Position numbers and translations under genes: made by a program. 64,000 bases of DNA from Octopus sinensis (Eukaryota). This document shows, piece after piece, positions 39,709-54,565 of the stretch. How positions within the stretch are numbered: the first letter of the stretch is position 1; each line of letters opens with the position of its first letter. Location of the stretch: positions 26,846,001 to 26,910,000 of the forward strand of contig NC_043012.1 of NCBI RefSeq assembly GCF_006345805.1. The letters are read 5' to 3'. Under the pieces are notes generated by a model. The model saw only the letters and a program-made list of their open reading frames with translations, did no database searches and was not told the origin of the DNA.

Positions 39709-39865
39709 TTTAGCTTCGTTACTAGGATGACAGTCCGGATACTTATTGATCAGACCTCTTATATATATATATATATATGTGTGTATATATTTATATATGT
39801 ATATATATATATATACACACAGATACACACACACATAATATATATATACATACATACATGCATAC

Positions 39866-39900
<35 letters not shown>
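39709..39900 (+). repeat. Local duplicate of the mariner right TIR plus adjacent microsatellite (source 37169-37400)
   Basis: Identical TIR end, followed by the same compound microsatellite pattern. Confidence 0.8.
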
Positions 39901-39914
<14 letters not shown>

Positions 39915-40091
39915 GGGGGGTGTTAACACATACAAACAGACGTTTATATGCACACATAAACACACACACACATAATCTGTTTCCACCTGTCGCATGGTCG
40001 GTCTGTCAGCGATTTATTGGGTCACCTACAAAGCTAAGGAGGCAGCTCAATCGGCAACATTGCCAAGCCTGCTGGGATACTGCAAAATTGC

Positions 40092-40139
<48 letters not shown>

Positions 40140-40264
40140 GCATGTGTGTATATGTATGTATGTGTGCGTGAGTGTGTATCTGTGTGTGTGTATGCATATA
40201 CATATATAAACAAATTTATACATATATGTGTATTTTAAATGCATATATGTACATTTGCATGCAC

Positions 40265-40318
<54 letters not shown>

Positions 40319-40865
40319 GACTGAAAGAGCAGAGTATACCATCAAAGGGACATTGGGGTAAGATATAGGGAACCCAACATACCCTTCATCGCTACCCGTC
40401 TAATAAGAATACATCAGGCACATGCATCACAACAATATGTGCGCAGCATAGTGATCTAATGTTAACATAAACAGCACATGGGCTTGCAGGTGGGGCCCAG
40501 CGAGGGTTTCCTTCGGCCCATCTATCTGAAAGTGTCCCTGAATAAGGGTTGTATAAAAATGATAACGAAGTACCTGTGGAAACAGAGGCGAATTATTGGA
40601 GCCCCAAACGATTGATCTCTACGCATAGCAATTATGCTCCCGCACTAATCCTTCTTGTCGTCAGAGATGAACATATCATTAGCCATTAATAGACAAGCTC
40701 AACCGGTTAAGGTCAAGCGACTGACAAGCAAATTTGTAGTGTGGAACAGAATGTTTGCTGTAGTTCATCTTGTACACCTAGACAAAATGTGAACATTTAT
40801 AATACTTCCAAGCATTTAAGATCAGAATTCATGAAAGCCATTTAGGATAGAGCATCATGGCAGTT
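40319..40865 (-). mobile_element. ~550-bp (AAT)n-embedded non-tRNA retroposon, old diverged copy
   Basis: Reverse complement similar to 60495-61044; (ATT)n at its 3' end. Confidence 0.7.
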
Positions 40866-40886
40866 ATTTTTATTATGGTATCATTG

Positions 40887-40919
<33 letters not shown>

Positions 40920-40926
<7 letters not shown>

Positions 40927-41440
40927 GTGTGTATGCCATCAAAGTGATACTGGAGTAAAATATACGAAGCTTATAGCCATCGTGACTACCCGTCTTATAC
41001 GGGTACGCCAGGCACATGTATGACAACCATATGTGTGCGACATGGTGATCTCATATCAAGATAAACAACGAATGAACTTGCAGGTGGGGCCCAGTTAAAA
41101 TTTCCTTCGGGTCGAGTAACCCATCCCGTTCAAGATGTCCCTGAATAAGCGTTGTTTAACGATGTTGAACGAAACACCCATGTTTCCAGAGGTGAATTAT
41201 TCAAACCCCAAAGAATTCTTCTCAACACAGTTATGCTGCGCTCCTCCACTACATCTGCACGTGATCAGAAATGCACATATCATCAGAAGATCAAACAACT
41301 GACAAGCAAATCTGTGGTATTGAGCAGAACATTTGCTGTAGCCCATCTTTTAAACCAAGACAAAATAATGTACATGATAACACTTCCAATCAGTAAAGAT
41401 CAGGAGCTATGAGTGCCGCTGCCTGGTGTGATGCATGTCT
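40920..41440 (-). mobile_element. ~550-bp (AAT)n-embedded non-tRNA retroposon
   Basis: Reverse complement of 60495-61044 with moderate divergence; (ATT)n at its 5' side. Confidence 0.8.
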
Positions 41441-41513
41441 CTGATTATCATTATTATTATTATTATTATTGTTGTTGTTGATGTTGTTATTATTATTATT
41501 ATTATTATCGTCG

Positions 41514-41547
<34 letters not shown>

Positions 41548-41711
41548 TATTAATATTACTATCATTTTTATTATTATTATTTGGTATCTTCGATCAATTA
41601 ATAGAATCAAAAAATTTACTGAAGTTACTACACAATGTCTAAGTAAAACGCAAAAAGCGACGCTTGAAGTCTGAGTCAAATCAACATTTGCTACCTGTAT
41701 ATATATATATT

Positions 41712-41760
<49 letters not shown>

Positions 41761-42519
41761 GTGTGTGTGTAATATATATACATACATATATATACATTTA
41801 TATATGCATATATATGCGCGCACACATACACACACGCACGCACAAATATACACACATTTTCATATATATGATTATGTATATACGTGTATATGTGTGCATT
41901 TAAAATCATATATTACTTTTCGCTAACCATCAAATCACATTTTCATATTTCCATACTAATATAACTATTTCTGTTTAATATGGTTTGGTACAGTCTTGTT
42001 CCCATAGTTTCCATTTTCGCGTCCTATTATTTCTCTCGGTTAATTAAAAGTCATTCAAAATTATTGTGTGATGTCTAAAATCTTGTTTGTTTGTGACATG
42101 TTTACCTATCTTTATGGTACTCTGGTGTACAAGCTGTAATTCATTACTGATGTTATTCAATACCAACACAAATCCACCCACATATATACAGACGCAGGCA
42201 CACGCATACATGTATATTCAATGTGTAGAGATACATCTGCGTATGCACAAATATGAAAGTGCGTACATATATATATGTGCATCTTTATGTAAGTATGTAT
42301 GTAAGCATGCATGCATGCATGTATGTATGTATATATCTCTACATACATATGTGTGTGTATGTATGTATAACTATATATATATATATATAATATATTATAT
42401 ATATATACACACATATAAGCACATAAGGATATATATGTATATGTATATATATACACACAGTCTGCGTACATTCTATCAATTATCCTACTTCACCATTTAT
42501 CTGGCTTGCCACTACCTTA

Positions 42520-42551
<32 letters not shown>

Positions 42552-42562
42552 AATAATAATAA

Positions 42563-42602
<40 letters not shown>

Positions 42603-42690
42603 GAAAAAATCACAAAGGCAGCAGCAACAACAACAACAACAACAATAATAATAATAATAAAATAATAATAATAATAATAGTAATAGTAAT

Positions 42691-42767
<77 letters not shown>

Positions 42768-42780
42768 TGATGATGATGAA

Positions 42781-43608
42781 ATACCAATGCATTGCATCGA
42801 ATGTTGAACGATTGTCTAGAAAAAGTATGGCGAATTGGAGGACGGACCTGACAGCATCTGGAAGTAGTTTAGGGACAGAAGAAATTAGGAGGGGCATCTT
42901 CCAAGAGGATTGTCTGTCTCCACTGATCTTTGTACTGTGCTTGATACCACTAACACTGATTCTGAGGAAAGCAAAAGCTGGGTATGTATTCAAAAGTCCC
43001 CAACAAAAAGTCGACCATTTGTTATTCATGGATGGCCTCAAAATTTATGGTAAAGATGAAGCCCAAGTCAATCCCCTCGTTGATACGGTGTATAGCTTCA
43101 GTGCTGATATCAGAATGGAGTTCGGACTGGGAAAGTGTGGTGTGTTAGTCTTGAAGAGAGCCAAAATCAAATATATGAACGGAGAAACGATACCTTTAGG
43201 GGAGGTTATGAAGCAGATAGAATAGACGAGCTATAAGTACTTGGGGATTTTGGAAAGAGATAAATTGATGGAGAAAGAAATGACAGAAAAATTTAAGGTG
43301 GAGTACTTGCGCAGACTGAAACTGATCCTTAAGTCAATATTAAATAGATGGAATAAGATCGAAACTATCAACACCTGGGCGGTTTCACTACTTAGATATA
43401 GAGCAGGAGTAATCGCATGGACAGTAGACGAACTAAACAGCTTAGACAAAATGATAAGGAAGTTACTAACTAGATATGGGTCACTCCACGCAAAAAGTGA
43501 CTCAGATAGACTATACGTACCAAGAAAAATCGGGGGAAGAGGACTTATTGGATGCGAACACAGCATTAGAGCAGAATAAAACAACATAGCATAGTATGTA
43601 AAAAATGC
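42781..43608 (+). pseudogene. R4/Dong-type LINE reverse transcriptase fragment
   Basis: RRGIFQEDCLSPLIFVL...HLLFMDGLKIYGK...MEFGLGKC...YKYLGI...DRLYVPRKIGGRGL; catalytic DD mutated to DG; one in-frame stop; preceded by (AAT)n. Confidence 0.9.
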
Positions 43609-43726
43609 CATTTCCATTCTCACTTTCCTTTAAAAAAAAGCCGATGAGAGTTGATGAAAGATGAACAGAGACATTACAAAAGCTATGTTAGATGAATGGC
43701 GTGGGTTAACAGAAAAAAAAACTCAC

Positions 43727-43812
43727 CAGTAGGTCGATTCATGGAGAATCGCAGATACAGGAGTACCCGCATCTTCAAGGGTAAGTACCATCCTCCAGAC
43801 TTCAAGCTCACA
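43727..43812 (-). CDS. Candidate 86-nt exon
   Basis: cttccacctcgcctcAG| acceptor and CTG|GTGAGT donor. Two frames are open (CELEVWRMVLTLEDAGTPVSAILHESTY or VSLKSGGWYLPLKMRVLLYLRFSMNRPT). Could be a repeat. Confidence 0.25.
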
Positions 43813-44299
43813 CTGAGGCGAGGTGGAAGACGATGGTGATAAGTCCTGGTAAATATACCTGGGGATAACGTAGTGAAGTTGCTCTACGTGCGCCTCATTA
43901 TCAAATTACAATTAGATTAATTTTAAGTTTCGTAATATTCGTATGCACTAGGCTATGTTTCTCATTAGTAGAATAGTCTAGCCTGAAAGCGTAAAGTGAC
44001 TGATCAATTATCTTGTCGTGATAATATTCTAAGAAATAAATTAATTCGATCTTTGTGTTTATTTCTCGTGGCAAATTGCAAAACTAGGTAAAATTACTTC
44101 TTTATTAAGTTGAAAACCTGACCAATCCTGTCTACCATGCTCTCCATATAGAACATATCAGACACAACACAAATATTTTATATGGTAAACCACAGCAATC
44201 TATAGACTAAACTTCAACTGGTCTCTGATTACATTACAACAACACTCCAGTTACGATGCGACCATTTACAGAGCAGACTGCAAACAATCTATTGAGTAT

Positions 44300-45365
44300 A
44301 TTAGTTTGAAATTTTGGCACAAGGCCAGCAATTTTCGGTAAAGGAAAAAGTCAATTATATCGACCCCAGCGAACAATCACAAAAAAATTAAAGGCAAAAC
44401 GACCTCGGCGGAATTTGAACTCAGGGCGTAAAGACGGACCAAATGCTGCTATGCAATTCTAGGCATTTCGCCCGGAGTGCTGACGCGCCTGCCAGCTGAC
44501 CACCTTATTTACATATTAATATTATTACTTTTTATTACCCAGAGGGGAGTTAAACATAGAGGGGACAAACAAGGACAGACAAAGAGATTAAGTCGATTAC
44601 ATCGATCTCAGTGCGTAACTGGTACTTATTTAACTAACCCCAAAAGGATCAGAAGCAAAGTGGACCTTAGCGGAATTTGAACTCAAAACGTAAAGACAGA
44701 CGAAATACCTATTTCTTTACTACCCACAAGGGATAAACACAGAGGGGACAAACAAGGGCAGACAGAGGGATTGAGTCAATTACATCGACCCCAGTGCGTA
44801 ACTAGTTCTTAATCTATCGACCCCGAAAGGATGAAAGAAAAAGTCGACCTCGGCGGAATTTGAACTCAGAACGTAACGGCAGACGAAATACGACTACGCA
44901 TTTCGCCCGGCGTGCTAACGTTTCTGTCAGCTCGCCGCCTTCCCTTACTTACATATTAACATTCGCTGTTTCAGAATATCCTAATTCAACATTCCTTTCT
45001 ACTAAAGATATAAGGCCTAAAATTCTGTGGCGGGGGGGTGATGTCTAGCCGAATTTGAACTTAGAAAGTAAGGACGGACGAAATGCTGGCGTACGAACGA
45101 CTCTGCAAAGTCTCCGCCTTCTTTACACATTAAAAGTTTAACAGTTAATTTACGTTTGCTATTTTTCTAACAATATTCTTTTCTACTCTAGGCACAAGGC
45201 CCGAAATTTTGAGGGAAGGGACAAATCGATCTCAGTACGCAACTGGTACTTAATTTATAGGCCCCTAAAGGATGACAGACAAAGTCGACCTCGGTGGCAT
45301 TTGAACTCAGAACGTAAAGATAGACGAAGTGCTGGCGTGCTAACGACTCTGCCAACTATCCGCCT
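44300..45365 (-). mobile_element. Cluster of about five SINE family B copies
   Basis: Repeated gtcgacctcggcggaatttgaactcag motif; dimer junction at 44708/44709. Confidence 0.85.
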
Positions 45366-45479
45366 CATTTATCATATCAACATATTAACACTTAATTCAC
45401 GTTTGCTATCTCTCTCATTCTAATCTAATTCAACAATGCTATTGAACTTTAACTTACAGTTGGGTTGCCATTTAGTACA

Positions 45480-45680
45480 TAAGTCCGATATCATATTACG
45501 TGATAAAACTGAAAAATATTGCGCCGATTATTGACCAAGCAGAAGCAAATGACGAAATGGTGGCGCAGAAGCAAGATGACGCACTGAAGAATTTCTATGG
45601 TTTATTGAATTATGTTCAATATGGGAGTTAATAAATGTGACCATCATCCTGTCTGTAATTGGTACGACTGAAATCGTAAA
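45480..45680 (+). pseudogene. Old RLE-LINE endonuclease fragment
   Basis: SDIILRDKTEKYC...IID...VTIILSVIGTT resembles PDIV..K...CLIID...PVVIGA. Confidence 0.4.
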
Positions 45681-45873
45681 CAACCAATTTTATAAAGACA
45701 ATGATATTATTTATCAGGATGAATAGAAGCACGTTCAGTAAAAATTGGCAGTGCTGGAATTGGTAAATATTGTTAAGATATTCTCAAACAAGGTTTGTTA
45801 GACTTGGAAGCCTTTGCGCACGATGGCCTCAGATTTGTGTGTGTATGTGTGTTTGTGTGCATATATATATATA

Positions 45874-45962
<89 letters not shown>

Positions 45963-46012
45963 GTATATATATATATACATACATACACACAGACACATAG
46001 ACACACACACAC

Positions 46013-46068
<56 letters not shown>

Positions 46069-46355
46069 ACCACAAAAGAAGGTAAATTACAGAAGTGACC
46101 CAAGGCCGAAAGTTTCGCGTATGCAATTTAATCGCGTACACGATTCCTGGAATATTTTTCTACTTTCCATTTTAACAAACTTTCTCTTTTCTTTCACTCC
46201 CTCTCTCTCTCTCATTTTCTCTCTCCTCTCTCTCTCTCTATTATATATGTGTGTGTGTGTATGCATGTGTGTGTGCGTGTACAGAGAGAGGGGGAGAGAA
46301 AGATGGAGACAGAAGAAAGAACATATATGTATGTTTACATATACACACACACACA

Positions 46356-46400
<45 letters not shown>

Positions 46401-46445
46401 GAGTTTTCTGTTCTGGTAAGGCAAAATCAACAAAATAAAATAAAT

Positions 46446-46662
46446 AAGGCGGTGAGCTGACAGAATCGTTAGCACGCCGGGCGAAATGCTTAGCGGCATT
46501 TCGTCTGTCTTCACGTTCTGTATTCAAATTCCGCCGAGGTCGACTTTGCCTTTCATCCTTTCGGGGTCGATAAATTAAGTACCAGTTGCGTACTAAGGTC
46601 GATCTAATCGACTGGCCCCTTCCGCCCCAAAAGTTCAGGCCTTGTACCTAGAGTAGGAAAAG
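46446..46662 (+). mobile_element. SINE family B, full length
   Basis: aggcggtgagctgacagaatcg head through the cctagagtag tail. Confidence 0.9.
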
Positions 46663-47003
46663 AAAAAAAGATAAGATCAATAAAATAAACACTCTATCAA
46701 GTGAGAGATGTATATCATTTGATGTACAATTTATTTATATATATATATATTTATATACTTCTATGTTTTAATATCATTCTTGATATACTTCTATGTGTTT
46801 AAATATCATTCTTTATCAGCCTGTTTGTGATTGGTACAACTGAAATTGTCCACAGCCAATTCTATAAAGGCAAAGATATTACGTTTTTAGGATGGTCAGA
46901 CGAACAATCAGAAAATTGGTAATACCGGAATCTGAAAATATTGTTAGCACATTCCCACATAGTTATAAGCATGGCTGAAACAAGAAAAAGATGAAAGGTA
47001 CTT

Positions 47004-47050
<47 letters not shown>

Positions 47051-47057
47051 TATATAC

Positions 47058-47096
<39 letters not shown>

Positions 47097-47358
47097 TCGA
47101 TTGTGTATTTGAATATGTTTATATTGATGCATGCATTCGTGTTTGCAATATAAGTATAGGTATGTGTGTATGTGTATCTGTATGTCTGTGTGCTTGTATG
47201 TATGTATGGGTGTGTGTATATATATGTGTGTGTGTGTATCTGTATGTCTGTGTGCTTGTATGTATGTATGGGTGTGTGTATATATATGTGTGTATGTGTA
47301 TCTGTATGTCTGTGTGCTTGTATGTATGTATGGGTGTGTGTATATGTGTGTGTGTGTG

Positions 47359-47399
<41 letters not shown>

Positions 47400-47671
47400 C
47401 AGTATGTACACGTAACATCATTTAGGATAAAAATACCACAAATAACAGCAACAAGATATAACATGATTCCATGTCAAAAGAAGATGGCGGCAAGCAAATA
47501 ATTAGATCATATGATATTGTTTATGTTGTTGTTATTGTTCTGGTTGTAATTGTTGGTGTCCCTTTCTTGTTGTCAGTGTTGTTATTGACGTTTTTGTTGT
47601 TGTAGGTACTGTTGCAAATATCTATCTAGCCGATATTTCCCCCTCTTTTCCTTGTTATTGTCTGTTATATT

Positions 47672-47707
<36 letters not shown>

Positions 47708-47732
47708 ATAGTAGTAGTGGTGGTGGTGGTGA

Positions 47733-47771
<39 letters not shown>

Positions 47772-48339
47772 AAGTTGTAGTAGTGGTAGTAGTAGTAGTA
47801 GTAGTAGGTGTTGTTGTTGTTGTTGTTATTGTTACTGTAACTACTTTTTTGTTTCTGTTTTTATTTTTGTTTTTATTGTTTGCAAATAGTGTTGTTGTTT
47901 GAATGCGTTTTTTTGTTGTTGTTGCTTACTACTGTGGCTCTTGCTATTTTTCTGAATATGTTTGTTTGTTTGTTTGTTGTTTTTGTTGTTAATTTTCGCT
48001 ATTGTCGTTGATATAGCTACACCTCTTTTGGCTAGTTGCTCTTGTTGTTTTTTGATGTTGCTGTCGTCCTACCCTTTACACATCAGCAAACGAAAGAAAG
48101 AGAAAAAGACAGACACGAAAACGTACTGAAAGATAGAACAGAAAGGAGAGAGAGAAAGAGACAAACAGACAGACGGAGACAGAGCCAAAGAGAGACAGAG
48201 AGAGAGAGAGAGGACGGGAGACAGGAGGGTGAGAAAGTAATATGTAAACTAATAATTTAAATGCAGAATAAAAGAAAAACTACAAACAAACTATAATAAT
48301 AAAACCTCGAAAGAAAACTACTATACCAAACCGCACAAA

Positions 48340-49070
48340 CGACAGACGAAACTTGACACTTAAAACTTGACACGCAAAAGCAACTAATATTTTATATATA
48401 TACATGTAAAGCTACAAATATAAAACCTACACACATTAAAAACTACGCACGTATAAAACCTGCTGCCATAAAGCCTATACACATATAGACCTTACACGTG
48501 CTTAAACCCTACATACAAAAAACCTGTACACACATAAACCTTGACGCATATAAAACATACACAAATAGAAAACTACACACATAAAGTCTATACACATAAA
48601 ACCTACACGTGTAAAGTCTATACATAAACATAAACTCTTTACACATAAAACCTACACATGAACAGGTCTACATAAAACTTACATAAAACCTACTCAAATA
48701 AAACGTACACACATAAAAAAATCTCTACACACGCGTAAAACCTAAACGCACACATAAAAATCTATACAAATGTAAAACTACAGACATAGAATTTACGCAT
48801 TTAAAACCAACACACACACACACAAACAGGCGTGCATATAAAACCTTCACAGATTAAATGTTACGCACGTGTAAAACCTACACGTACATAAACCATACAC
48901 ACATATAGAACCTACACGTAAAGCCTACACATATACAAAAATCTACAAAACTTTCAAATCGGCATACATAGAACCACAACTCTCAATTAAAACCTATTTT
49001 AGGTAAAACTATCACGTAAATCTGACACGCATAATATCTACACACGCACACAGAGAATTCAACAGATATG
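48340..49070. repeat. Degenerate minisatellite (~17-20-bp AAAACCTACACACAT-like unit)
   Basis: Recurring aaaacctacac / taaaac motifs. Confidence 0.7.
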
Positions 49071-49230
49071 AAGCATACACACTTACACACACACACATAC
49101 ACACACACATAAACACATATATATGTGTATATGTGCACATCCTATCCATAAAAGCAATAACTAAATCCTATAGACGCAAAGCCTTACACACACATATACA
49201 TACATGTATGTATATGCATGTGTTTATATA

Positions 49231-49269
<39 letters not shown>

Positions 49270-49489
49270 CATACCTACATAAAATCTAAGCACAACATTT
49301 TAGGCATTTAATCCATCCATTAAATCCTGCGCTTACAATATTTGTAATCACAAAATCAGTATAGACGAACATTTCAAAAGAAATCCTCAGCATACAGGTG
49401 GGTGCATAGGTGTGAGGCTAAAACATTCGCTTAGGAACCGTGCGATTTTGAGTTTAATTCTACGGCGTGGTCCTTTCGGTGTTTTTTGC

Positions 49490-49925
49490 GTTCTTTTATT
49501 CTATTACTTGCTTCAGTCATTTGACTGCGCCCATGCTGCAGCAGCGCCTTTGGTCGAACAACTTGACATCGGGATTTATTCTTTGTAACCCTAATAATTA
49601 TTCTATCGTACAGGGACGTAAACATACCAGCATCGGTTGTCAAGCGATTGTGGGTAACAAACACAGACACGTAAATACACACACACATACCAATATATAT
49701 ATATTTATCAATATATGCATACATGTGTGTGTATATATAAATATATAAATATATATATATATATATATGTATGTATGCACGACGGGCTTCTTTCAGTTTC
49801 CGTCTACCACATCCCCTCACAAGGCTTTGGTCATCCTGAAGCTAAAGTAGAAGAAGCCCAAAGTGCCACTCTGTGGGACTGAGCCCGGTACCATGTGGTT
49901 GGGAAGCAAGAGCCAGTCCTGCGCC
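49490..49925 (-). mobile_element. SINE family A
   Basis: Reverse complement of head, microsatellite and tail. Confidence 0.8.
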
Positions 49926-50257
49926 TATATACACATACAGACATAGTAGGCTTTGCTTTTATAGATCCGCAAGCGCTTTCAGTTCACAATGTCTTCAAGC
50001 TCATATATTGATTGTTGTTTTCAGTTAACTTTTACTGAAAACAACTTTCACTATATGTAATAACGTGTTTGAAAACGTTAAGAACGGAAAGCTCTTGCGC
50101 ATCTTTAAAAGCAAAGCCTACTCACGTTTTATGAAATCTCTTCCCAAACATTAGTGTCTTTCGACTTTCTAAAAAGTTTCTTTTCTCAATCTTTACTCTT
50201 TAACAAAAAAATCTCTCCGAATATTATAACTGTATCACGGAATTTCCAAAATACTCC

Positions 50258-50363
<106 letters not shown>

Positions 50364-51064
50364 TTTGTGTGTGTATGTATATATATAAGTTATAGCAAAA
50401 GTTTAGATTTGAAATTTAAAATTTAAATTTAGCGAAGAAACTGTATTTTAGGTATCTCACTAGTAGTGTGCCGGCAAAGCACGTTCACCTCTTATGGCTA
50501 GCTGGTGTCACCCACAGTAAATGCGCAATCTTAACTGGATCTACGTTAGGAATTCCTCGGTCCACATTGAATAAATTATAAATAATTAATACGGAAGGCA
50601 GAGTATTCTGGAAACTTTATTTATCACAACGATCATTTCGGCATAATTCTGCACTGTTCCTTAGTGTGTGAGGAATGGTATAATGAACTCTAATGCACCC
50701 CACAGCACAGAAATGCCCCATCAGGTGACATAACAGGATTGGAAAGATAGATATATATATAATGGATAATAAAACAAATGGCTTAGTCCTGGTAGCTTAC
50801 TAGTAAAGCACCGTCACTTACACAGTGATCGTTAGGTATATGGCAAATGAAAGAAGGAAGATGGAATATACGAGAATTTATTATTAATCACGACAATTGT
50901 TTTCACACATCTAGCATCGATTCCTCTTGGGTGGGGCACTCAATAACTGGTTCAAGAGCATTCGGTGGTGCAGATGTAAGAGAAAAGCAGCGAGACGGAG
51001 GAAATATCTCCATTTATATAGAAGATCAAAAATAAAATCACAGATGGCAAAAAGAGGAACAAAG

Positions 51065-51122
51065 ACGCAATCCAGATAGATAGATAGATAGATAGACAGA
51101 TAATGTAGATAGATAGATAATG

Positions 51123-51159
<37 letters not shown>

Positions 51160-51230
51160 GAGAGAGAGAGAGAGAGAGAGAGAGATGGAAAGATAGAGAT
51201 ATAGAGAGATAAATAGACAGACAGACAGAC

Positions 51231-51281
<51 letters not shown>

Positions 51282-51297
51282 CAGACAGCAGACAAAC

Positions 51298-51372
<75 letters not shown>
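51065..51372. repeat. (GATA)n/(GA)n/(GACA)n compound microsatellite
   Basis: Directly visible; similar tracts at 33715-33840 and 58212-58275. Confidence 0.95.
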
Positions 51373-51373
<1 letters not shown>

Positions 51374-51420
51374 TTATAAATTCATATGAATATATGTGTG
51401 CATACGTGAACATGTGTTTT

Positions 51421-51477
<57 letters not shown>

Positions 51478-51484
51478 ATATAAA

Positions 51485-51785
51485 GGCGCAGGGTTTAGGG
51501 TCGTCGGCTTATGATAGTAAGATTGTGCATTCGATACCCTGCAGTACATTATGGCCTTGAGCAAGACTCTTAATTTCTCGTTGTTCCAGTCCAATGAGCT
51601 GGCAAAAATGAGTTGTGCCTGTACTTCAAAGGGCCAGCCTTGTCACATTTTGTGATTCCCCAAGAATAACGTTAAGGGCACGTGTGTCTGTGGAATGCTC
51701 AGGCACTTCCACATTAATCCCGTGTGCAGGTTGTTCTGCTGACCAGATCAACAAGTGGTTTCATCGTCGTAATTACGGAGGGCCA
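51485..51785 (+). mobile_element. SINE family C-related, diverged
   Basis: tRNA-like head, ccttgagcaagact, and a body related to 27945-28262. Confidence 0.65.
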
Positions 51786-51899
51786 GTTAATTGATATTTA
51801 TGAGCGTATATAACTGTATGTTTGTGTCGATGTTGATACTCAGCTATTGTTGGCTCACAACTCGTATATCACTGCTTCGACAAAGAGATAGCGATTACG

Positions 51900-52297
51900 G
51901 TGAGATGTTAGAATCGCTAGCGAGTCGGACAAATTGTTTAGTGGCAGTTCTTCCAGTTCTTTACACTCTGGGTTCAAATTGCACCGAGGTTGACTTTGCC
52001 TTTTACTCTTTCGTAGTCGATAAAATAATCATCAGTTGAAAAGTAAGAGCGATTTAATTGATTTACTTAGGCATCCATCAAAATTGTTGACCTTGTGTCA
52101 AAATTGTAATCAAATTATAGGCGCAGGAGTGGCTGTGTGATAAGTAGGCTTGCTTACTAACCACATGGTTCCGGGTTCAGTTCTACTGCGTGGCACCTTG
52201 GGCAAGTATCTTCTACTATAGCCTCGGGCCGACCAATGCCTTCTGAGTGGATTTGGTAGACGGAAACTGAAAGAAGCCCGTCGTATATATGTATTTG

Positions 52298-52339
<42 letters not shown>

Positions 52340-52770
52340 TGTGTGTCTGTGTTTGTCCCCAAACATCTCTTGACAACCATTGTTGGTGTGTTTACGTCCC
52401 GTAACTTAGCGGTTCGGCATAAGAGACTGATAGAATAAGTTCTAGGCTTACAAAGAATAAGTCCTGGGGTCGATTTGCTCGACTAAAAGGCGGTGCTCCA
52501 GCATGGCCGCAGTCAAATGACTGAAAGAAGTAAAAGAGTAAAAGAGTAATCCAAAGCTAGCTAGCTAGCAGAATTGTTAGCACGCTGGGCAAAATACTAA
52601 GCAGCACTTCGTCCGTCTTTACATTCAGATTTCAAATTCCTCCCAAGCCCACTTTGCCTTTAATCCATTTGCGGTCGACAAAATAAATACCAGTGGAACA
52701 CTGGTGCCGATGTAATCGACTTAGCCCCACCCAAAACCACCTCGTCTTGTGCAAAATTTGAAACCAAAAT
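51900..52770 (+). mobile_element. SINE B (51900-52110), full SINE A (52117-52548), SINE B (52555-52770)
   Basis: Family motifs as above. Confidence 0.85.
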
Positions 52771-53964
52771 TATATACAAGGCAGGTTTTAAAATAAATAA
52801 TAGAATATAAATTGAAGAACTGGCCAGTATTCAATAACTGAAAGTAGTAAGTGAATAAAAATATAAAAGAATAGGATACACAAATATATTTAACTCACAA
52901 AATAAAAAGAACGTGCACGGCAAATGCCTACTCCCCACAAAATGCCTATTTTCCTACAAAAAAGTACGCGCAAAAAACGTACTTTTGTAAATGTCATTGT
53001 GTAAGTTTTACATGACTGAAACTTAGACACATATGTCTAGACTCCAGAATATACAAACACGAAAGTGCGTATCAGCATAAGATTGCTATTATGCAAAAGT
53101 ATCGTAAGTCCAAAACGTTGTTTTCTCAGAAAATGAAAAAAATAGTTTTACCATTCCATAGCAAAACCGGTGTACTACACTTTGACAATTTTTGATATCT
53201 TGGCATCTGAAGCAGCTGCAAATACGATAGCTTGACCAAAAGAACCGGCTATTACAAGCAAAAATATATACTGGAAAAAAAAAGTGAATCGCATTTGGCC
53301 AAATTTGGACATACGACAGTTTAACATAATAGCATCGATTTACAAATAAAAAAAATCTCAGTAAAATTACATCATTTCTTTGACAAACAAGTAAACTTAC
53401 AAGATATGGAAATGTAAACTTACATCATTTTTGTGTGGAGCTCTACACGGTTGCGCACGTAATTTGCTAGAAATAGCAACCTAATCTACTTCATAACCTA
53501 ACCACAAACATATCTACACACGAAACTATACAGTGAGTCACATGGTCAAACCGACACGCTTGTGGTTATACGTCGGAGTCAAGGCACCCGTAGAACTACG
53601 ATGCACGCACATAAGCACACACACAAACACACACACACTCACGCACACACACATATAGGTGCCTTCAAACATGAAGATTCACACGCAAAACCACACACAC
53701 ACATACACATGTACAACAGCGTTTACTCACAAAACCACACAAACAGCACCATACACATTACAAAACATATACAAACCTACTGATGCTCACGTACACATAT
53801 ACATTATTATTTGCATAAACACACACAGAAAGCCCTAAGAACACGCATAACTACTTCTACATACAAATCCACGTACATACACACATTCACAAAACTAGAC
53901 GCACAGAGGCACACATACTCAAACACACACAAACAAATCCACTAAAAGAGTCACATACAAAAAA

Positions 53965-54565
53965 ATTTATTTCTTTATTGCCCACAAGGGGCTAAACACA
54001 GGGGAGACAAACAAGGACAGACAGGGATTAAGTCGATTACATCGACCCCAGTGCGTAAGTGGTACTTAATTTATCGACCCGAAAGGATGAAAGGCAAAGT
54101 CGATCTCGGCGGAATTTGAACTCAGAACGTAACGGCAGACGAAATACCTATTTCTTTACTACCCACAAGGGGCTAAACACAGAAGGGACAAACAAGGACA
54201 GACAAACAGATTAAGTCGATTACATCGATACTAGTGCGTAACTGATACTTAATTTATCGACGCCGAAAGGATGAAAGGCAAAGTCTACCTCGGCGGAATT
54301 TGAACTCAGAACGTAACGGCAGACGAAATACCTATTTCTTTACTACCCACAAGGGGCTAAACACAGAAGGGACAAACAAGGACAGACAAACAGGTTAAGT
54401 CGATTACATCGATCCCAGTGCGTAACTGGTACTTAATTTATCGATGCCGAAAGGATGAAAGGCAAAGTCTACCTCGGCGGAATTTGAACTCAGATCATAG
54501 CAGCAGACGAAATACCGCTAAGCATTTCGCCCGGCGTGCTAACGTTTCGACCAGCTCACCGCCCA
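53965..54565 (-). mobile_element. SINE family B trimer, 184-bp period
   Basis: Junctions GAAATAC|CTATTTC at 54147/54148 and 54331/54332. Confidence 0.9.

Noticed and set aside
53965-54565. CRISPR-like regular repeats
   Set aside because: Whole 184-bp units repeat with no unique spacers; eukaryotic SINE multimer.
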